NCBI GenBank assembly: GCA_002269645.1
Contig: NIVC01004708.1
Location: 1-37,351 of the forward strand
Length of the DNA: 37,351 nt
Direction: 5' to 3'
From: Macrostomum lignano
Taxonomy: Eukaryota
The notes under the pieces were generated by a model. That model was not told the DNA's origin and searched no databases. It was given only the letters and a program-made list of their open reading frames with translations. A program made the position numbers and the translations under genes. Every line of letters starts with the position of its first letter. Positions within the stretch are counted from its first letter, which is position 1. Below are positions 30,801 to 37,351 of this stretch, in pieces.

Positions 30801-31499
30801 GATAGAGGGGAAGTGTTAATTGGTTCAATGTTAATGTTCAAGTGTTAATTGCTGCCACTTTAGGTATGAAAAATAGAAAAACTTATTAGTTAATCTGTAC
30901 ATTACGTACACATAACCATGTGTCCCTTCCTTTGCTATATATAACTCCGTGCCTGGCGTGTTCAACATTTAATCCTTGCATTCGCTTTCAGATGGGACAC
31001 AAGCCGGCTTATCGCCACGTCCATGGTGAAATAGAAAGGAAAGAAGAGGCTGAGGGGAGGAGATACAGAGATTAAGAGCAGGTTAAATTGTAGCAGGTGG
31101 CTCTGTCTCTACCTGTCTGCTTTTTGCTTTGCCTATTGATCTCTTTGCTAGAACACGCGATCAGATGACACTGGTGGGGCCTACATTAAAGAGCAATGCA
31201 ATGCAGATGCCAGAGATGCCAGATGATGATGTAGCCAATACTCGTATTAGCTCAGCTGCTCTGATGTTTGCTGCGCAGCGTAACTTAGGTATTGATGTAT
31301 CTCACACACCGCACACTCGCAGCGCGCTATTGCAAAACCTTATCCTCATCTCGGCTAATACGGTCGTCGGTCGTATCTCGTTTCTTCGAGTCGTCTACCG
31401 GATGTACTCAGCTACAGCTGTAATGTCACGTGTAAAGGAACCACGAGCATGCCTTGAAGGCGTAGCCTAAGGGGCTTTTTGGGGCCATTTTGGAGGCGC

Positions 31500-31856
31500 C
31501 ATTTCATTTGAGGGTGTGCCATTTTATTGGAGGAGGCACCATTTCAATTGAGGAGGCGACATTTCATTTGAGGAGGCGACATTTCATTTGAGGGGGCGCC
31601 ATTTCATTTGAGGGGGCGCCATTTCATTTGAGGGGGCGCCATTTCATTTGAGGGGGCGACATTTCATTTGAGGAGGCGACATTTCATTTGATGAGGCGAC
31701 ATTTCATTTGAGGGGGCGCCATTTCATTTGAGGGGGCGCCATTTCATTTGAGGGGGCGCCATTTCATTTGAGGGGGCGACATTTCATTATTAGGGGGCGA
31801 CATTTCATTTGAGGAGGCGCCATTTCATTTGAGGGGGCGACATTTCATTTGAGGGT
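31500..31856. repeat. 20-bp minisatellite (~18 copies)
   Basis: Unit atttcatttgagg(g/a)ggcg(c/a)c. Confidence 0.95.
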
Positions 31857-33302
31857 GCCTCAAACCAGGTAAAAGTACATTTGGAGCGGCTGAGTCGCGA
31901 ATGGCACTGCTTAAGCCCTACTGTCTGTGCCGCGCGACAGCCGTGGTTTATGAGCGCAATACTGTGCGCGAGCGATCGAGTAATGTCCATATAATTCTCT
32001 CCTCATTCTTGAATTCAGCGTTGCCAGCGCAGGTACGGCTGCTGGACGGCAAAGTCACCTGCGACACTGAGAAGCTGGATGGCGGCGCTTCTCTGATGCA
32101 CGCGCCTTGCTGCTCCAAATAATGTAGTAAAGAAAGGAATTGCTTTTATTTAGAACAGTCAGCCTCTTTCACTGTGAATATTTGGCTTTCTTGCATCAGT
32201 AATGAGAACTTGCTTTCTATCAGAGTGATCTATCCATACATCCAATCCTTTGTTTTCATGCGCTCTATGTTTTGCTTTTAATTAATTAGCACCGGCGTGC
32301 TTGTGGCCAGATTTGAGTAGCGGAACTTTGAGTTGCTAATGCTCAGCACGCACAAAACTAAAACTCGAACGCTGATCTAGTCTAACTTGCACACAGAAGA
32401 CTCTGTTCTACATCTGCTCTGCTTTGCCAGCTGCTCAAGCTTTGTTTTCTTAGAATTTTTTTTGCTTTCAGCACCCAAACTGAACGCGAGTCGGATTAAT
32501 CTCACCTGCCTTGTACTTCTCGTCTCTGCAGGTGGAACACGCAGGCCATGATTGCCAGTGTGGTGGCGCAGAGCTCAACTCAGCAGGCTACAGGGGAACT
32601 GGAGAAGCTGCGAGGCGAGCCTTCATCATCTTGAGCAGAGCGGGCCCTGCTGCGAATGCTTAAACCCATCATTGTTACCTGTGTTCGAATATTAATGTTT
32701 ATTTATAGACTGCTCCATATTAACAGAAAACAAGTGACTCGGGCCTATTATGTTTTGTAATTTGCTTTTTGCATAAATATCGATTTTTCACGCGCATGAA
32801 ATTACACGAAGCTACAAAGGTTTTTTAATCCTAAACGAAGAGACTATTTCTGGGAAGTTTATTTGTCTTCGGGGTGAAAATGAAGCAGACCACGAAAGCT
32901 TTGCTTCTCCTGTCCTGAGCTTGAAGACGCAAATAAATGGATTTGGCGATTCGTTCGTATGAAAAAGTGCAACAATGAGAGTCTGCAGGCAGGCGATGTT
33001 CGCATCCTCACTATCCGATAGTTCCGTTAGCGCACCTGGTCAGCCATCAGAGTGGATGTGGATTTGAGGTTGGGAAAGGGATACGGCGGTTTTCAGTCCC
33101 TCCACGGTGATTAACTGACTGGCTTGGTTGCTAGGCAGAGCATTGAGCACAGGGGGGATCCGGCCTATCCTCCCCGTTCCCAAATTTCACTCCACTCACT
33201 CCCGATCCTCTCGCTAATGCAAGGTGGCCGATGGGGGAACAAATAGAGGCTCCTCTATAGGGCGCCCCGTGCATACAGCAGAAACTAAGAAGGCTTGGTG
33301 CG

Positions 33303-33305
<3 letters not shown>

Positions 33306-33337
<32 letters not shown>
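33306..33337. repeat. (TG)n microsatellite
   Basis: Uninterrupted run of about 15-16 TG/GT units. Confidence 0.9.
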
Positions 33338-33338
<1 letters not shown>

Positions 33339-34464
33339 CACAAGCCTCTTCTCCAGCCCCTCCAGCCTCCGCCCTGCATCGCAGTGCTGCAGCTCATCTC
33401 TCGTTGATTTGTGAGCCCTCAGCCCGGATGCCCCATCCCAGATTGCAGCTGCCCGAGGGGGGGGGGCTCAGCTGCTCCCATAGCCTACCGAGTCAGCCGA
33501 GTCAGCCCGCCGGGCTCGGGACATCGGGATCGGGAGGGAGGAGAGGACTCTCTGTGATGCCCGCCCCATCCTACGCCAATCTCTTGCTCCGATAGTCAAG
33601 CAGGAGGCGCCCGGCAACTCCCTGCAGCCTGGCTGGCCTTTGGCAGGAAACGGGGGGAGACTGCAAAAGCAGGCAGGCAGCGGAGAAAAGATGAAAAGAC
33701 TCAGCAAGGCCCACAGAAAGTGGGGAGTTTAGGGAGCGTAGGACGCCAGCCTCTCGTTCTGCGTAGGAGGCAGCGAGATGGGGGAGGGAGATGTTAAGCC
33801 GCAGGCCTGAAGGCTGAGTTGAGTACAGCTCAGGCTGTTCAACGTGGCTCGGCCATTCTGAGCGCTGGGCGCATTTCCTTGCCCCAGCATTTCTATCCTC
33901 TTTCTCTATCCCTCGGCCGTCTTCTCCATCTCCATAATCCCTTCGGATTGAGTCTCGGTACCAGCATCCTTGGATGAAGGCTTTAATTCTATTTTTATCC
34001 CACACACTTTTCCTTCCTCCGTGCACCGTACGCAGCGAGGCTCTTTCTCTCTGTCGCTCTCTCCATCTTTCCTTCCGTTCCCGCCTCTCCCCGCCGCCGC
34101 GGAGCGCCAGCAGAGATCGACGCATGCGGGGAAGGGGGATCTCTATAAGTTCCCGCCCGGCGCCCCAAGGAGGGCTCTCTCTCTCGCGCGCGCACTCGCT
34201 GTGCTCCGGCCTGCAGACAGATTCGGGGCGAGATAGAGAGAGAGAGGAGAAGAAACGATAGCAAAAAATCGAGCAGCCAGGAGTTGACTCCCGGCTGATT
34301 CTGCCGCATCTTTTACATCTTTTACATCTTGTTGCCGAATTTTTCTACCCTGCTTCTACCTGCCTGCATGTTCTGGAGATCTCACCGTGAGTGAGCGAGC
34401 CCAGTAGCCGATCGCGCGTCATTTAGCAGCAGCAGCTGAGGCGACTGAAGCTGTTTAACAAATT

Positions 34465-37351
34465 ATGGCGCCAGTGATTCGGCCTATGCACGGATCAGCT
34501 GATTCTGCTATGCAACCAGGTGAGTTTCAAGTTTAGTAGCATTCAGCTAAACCTACTCGGGTCCTTTGGAATTTACAACAGCAATCCGGCCCGCTCCAGG
34601 CTTGCGTCTCTTCTCAGCTTTCTTCTCTCTAATAATCTCCTCTCTTTTCTCTCCTCTTCTCTTCTCTCCTCTCATCTCTCTCGTCTCTTTTCTCTTCTCT
34701 TCTATCCTCTCCTCTCTCGTCTCTCCTCTCGTATCTCCTCTCTCGTCTCGCGTCTCTTCTCTCCTCTCCTCTCTCGTCTCTTTTCTCTTCTCTTCTATCC
34801 TCTCCTCTCTCTTCTATCCTCTCGTATCTCCTCTCTCCTCTTCTCTATAGAGGAGATATATAGTTTGTTAGTTAGTCATCACTGTCCTGAAAAGGGGTTC
34901 CTAAACCTTTACTTCGTATTCGGGCTCAAGTGAGGTCTGTAAATGGGACTGTATCGATTAGTCAAGTTTGGCTGTGGCATGGCCAGTGCTCAGGGGGCTT
35001 GCATGTAACAGCTGAGAGTCGCACTACCCATCCCGCAGTGAGTCTGGGCGGCATGAGCATCGGGGCGGTCGTGGCCCTGACCGTTGGCGCCGTGTTCGCC
35101 GTCGCCGGGCTGGCAACCTACGGCTACAAGTCGCTGAAACGCCGTCGCGAAGAGTCGCCCGGCTTCCGCCTGTCCAGCGTCATCAAGCGCAGCCTGGCCG
35201 AGGAGGGCCGGGCCCAGAAGATCAGCCGGAACCTTTCGCTGCACAACCAGCAGCAGCGCCAGCAGCAGCAGCAGCAGCGGCAGGGCGAGTCGCCGACAAC
35301 CCCGGACGCGCTGCAGATGATGTCCGAGGGCAACTCGCCGGTGTCCGACACGGGACCGCAGGCGGAGGAGGCGGCCGGCAATCTGGGCAGTTTGACCTTC
35401 TCTGTTCTGTACGACAAGTGCAAGCAAACTCTGCTGGTGACCATCGTCCGCTGCGAGGACCTGCCGGCCAAGGACGCCCACCTGGGCTCCTCGGATCCTT
35501 ACGTGAAGCTGCAGCTGCTGCCGGAGAAGCGGCACAAAGTGAAGACCCGCGTGCTGCGCAAGACCTGCAGCCCGGTGTACGAGGAGACGTTCAGCTTCTA
35601 CGGGATGCGCCCGGCCCAGGTGAAGTCCGCCAGCCTGCACTTTGTTGTGCTGAGCTTCGACAGGTTCTCGCGCGACCACATCATCGGGGAGGTCCTGTTC
35701 CCCATGGGCGAGACCGAGACGGACGACCTACTGAGCGTGACCAGGGAGATTCAGCCGAGGCAGTTCAAGGTGCTTGGCTTGTTGCGTTCTCTTAACTCCA
35801 TAGTTTATTCCTTTTCTCAGTACGAGCGATCTTGAACCATCTTTAGCCATTTAACCGCTTAGCCATTTTAGCGCTTCTCTCAGTAACTTTAGCCATTTAA
35901 CCATCTCAGTAACTTTAGCCATTTAACCGTCGCTTATCTCAGTAACTTTAGCCAGTTAACCATCTCAGTAACTTTAGCCATTTAACCGTCGCTTATCTCA
36001 GTAACTTTAGCCAGTTAACCATCTCAGTAACTTTAGCCATTTAACCGTAGCTTATCTCAGTAACTTTAGCCAGTTAACCGTCTCAGTAACTTTAGCCATT
36101 TAACCGTCGCTTATCTCAGTAACTTTAGCCAGTTAACCATCTCAGTAACTTTTAGCCATTTAACCGTCGCTTATCTCAGTGACTTTAGCCATTTAACCGT
36201 CGCTTATCTGAGCATCTTTAGTCTAGCGCTTCTCTCAGTAACATTAGCCATTTAACCGTCTCTTATCTCAGTAACTTTAGCCAGTTAACCATCGCTTCTC
36301 TCAGTAACTTTAGCCATTTAACCGTCGCTTATCTCAGTAACTTTAGCCAGTTAACCATCTCAGTAACTTTAGCCATTTAACCGTCGCTTATCTCAGTAAC
36401 TTTAGCCAGTTAACCGTCTCAGTAACTTTAGCCATTTAACCGTCGCTTATCTCAGTAACTTTAGCCAGTTAACCATCTCAGTAACTTTAGCCATTTAACC
36501 GTCGCTTATCTCAGTAACTTTAGCCAGTTAACCATCTCAGTAACTTTAGCCATTTAACCGTCGCTTATCTCAGTAACTTTAGCCAGTTAACCGTCTCAGT
36601 AACTTTAGCCATTTAACCGTCGCTTATCTCAGTAACTTTAGCCAGTTAACCATCTCAGTAACTTTAGCCATTTAACCGTCGCTTATCTCAGTGACTTTAG
36701 CCATTTAACCGTCGCTTATCTGAGCATCTTTAGTCTAGCGCTTCTCTCAGTAACTTTAGCCTCTTAACCGTCGCTTATCTCAGTAACTTTAGCCATTTAA
36801 TCGTCGCTTATCTGAGCATCTTAAGCCCAGCGGTTATCTCAGTAACATTAGCCATTTAACCGTCTCTTATCTCAGTAACTTTAGCCAGTTAACCATCGCT
36901 TCTCTCAGTAACTTTAGCCATTTAACCGTCGCTTATCTCAGTAACTTTAGCCATTTAACCGTCGCTTATCTCAGTAACCTTAGCCAGTTAACCATCGCTT
37001 CTCTCAGTAACTTTAGCCATTTAAATGTCGCTTATCTGAGCATCTTTAGCCTAGCGGTTATCTCAGTAACTTTAGCCATTTAACCGTCGCTTATCTCTTA
37101 TCGCTGCATCATTATCTCTTTATGAGTGTCTGATTTTGAAGCTGTATTTTGCCTGATCTGCAAATAATTATCGCTCGCTTATGCCGGACTATAAGAAACC
37201 AGCCTCAATTCCCGAAATTTCGCACCAAACCCAGGTGAAGAACCAGAACCGTGGCGAGCTGCTGGTGAGCCTGTGCCACCAGCCTGCGGCTAACCGTCTG
37301 ACCGTTGTTGTGCTGAAGGCCCGCAACCTGCCGAAGATGGACGTGACCGGA
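34465..37351 (+). CDS. SYT4: Synaptotagmin-4/11 family protein, 3'-partial, spliced
   Basis: Exons 34465-34519 (MAPVIRP..), 35039-35769 ([24 protein letters not shown]; C2A with [25 protein letters not shown] and LSFDRFSRD) and 37235-window end (C2B start [34 protein letters not shown]). Phases match. The Asp-to-Ser change in 'LSFDRFS' is the Syt4/11 hallmark. Confidence 0.93.
34620..34848. repeat. CT-rich low-complexity tract, SYT4 intron 1
   Basis: Almost purely pyrimidine ctct/tctc variants. Confidence 0.9.
35840..37092. repeat. Compound minisatellite (26-bp and 33-bp units alternating), SYT4 intron 2
   Basis: cagtaactttagcca(g/t)ttaaccatct alternates with cagtaactttagccatttaaccgtcgcttatct; unit starts include 35881, 35907, 35940, 35966, 35999. 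Confidence 0.95.

Overview
Eukaryotic (metazoan) genomic DNA: GC-rich spliced exons separated by AT-rich, repeat-laden introns and intergenic DNA. The style suggests a free-living flatworm such as Macrostomum, but that is inference only. Recognisable genes: SF3B1 (+; four exons found, 5' end not located), MORN1 (+; nine exons reconstructed) and a synaptotagmin-4/11 orthologue (+; runs off the right edge). Two further genes cannot be confidently named. The first is a neuropeptide precursor on the minus strand (15584-16588) with a signal peptide and 23 tandem xxYSGLL-G-K[R/K] units, predicted to release AMYSGLLamide and DMYSGLLamide, plus one SIFSGVLamide. This is the best candidate for an undescribed signalling system. 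The second is a small Cys/Tyr-rich, probably single-pass membrane protein with a Shisa/CYYR1-like pattern (20158-20568). Mobile DNA includes a decayed mariner, a 463-bp TIR element with a perfect 8-bp target duplication, a lone hAT end, a long fold-back element, two related tRNA-headed SINE-like copies and a probable LINE fragment. Many introns carry their own minisatellite, and a 10 x 106-bp array multiplies the putative SF3B1 poly(A) signal.
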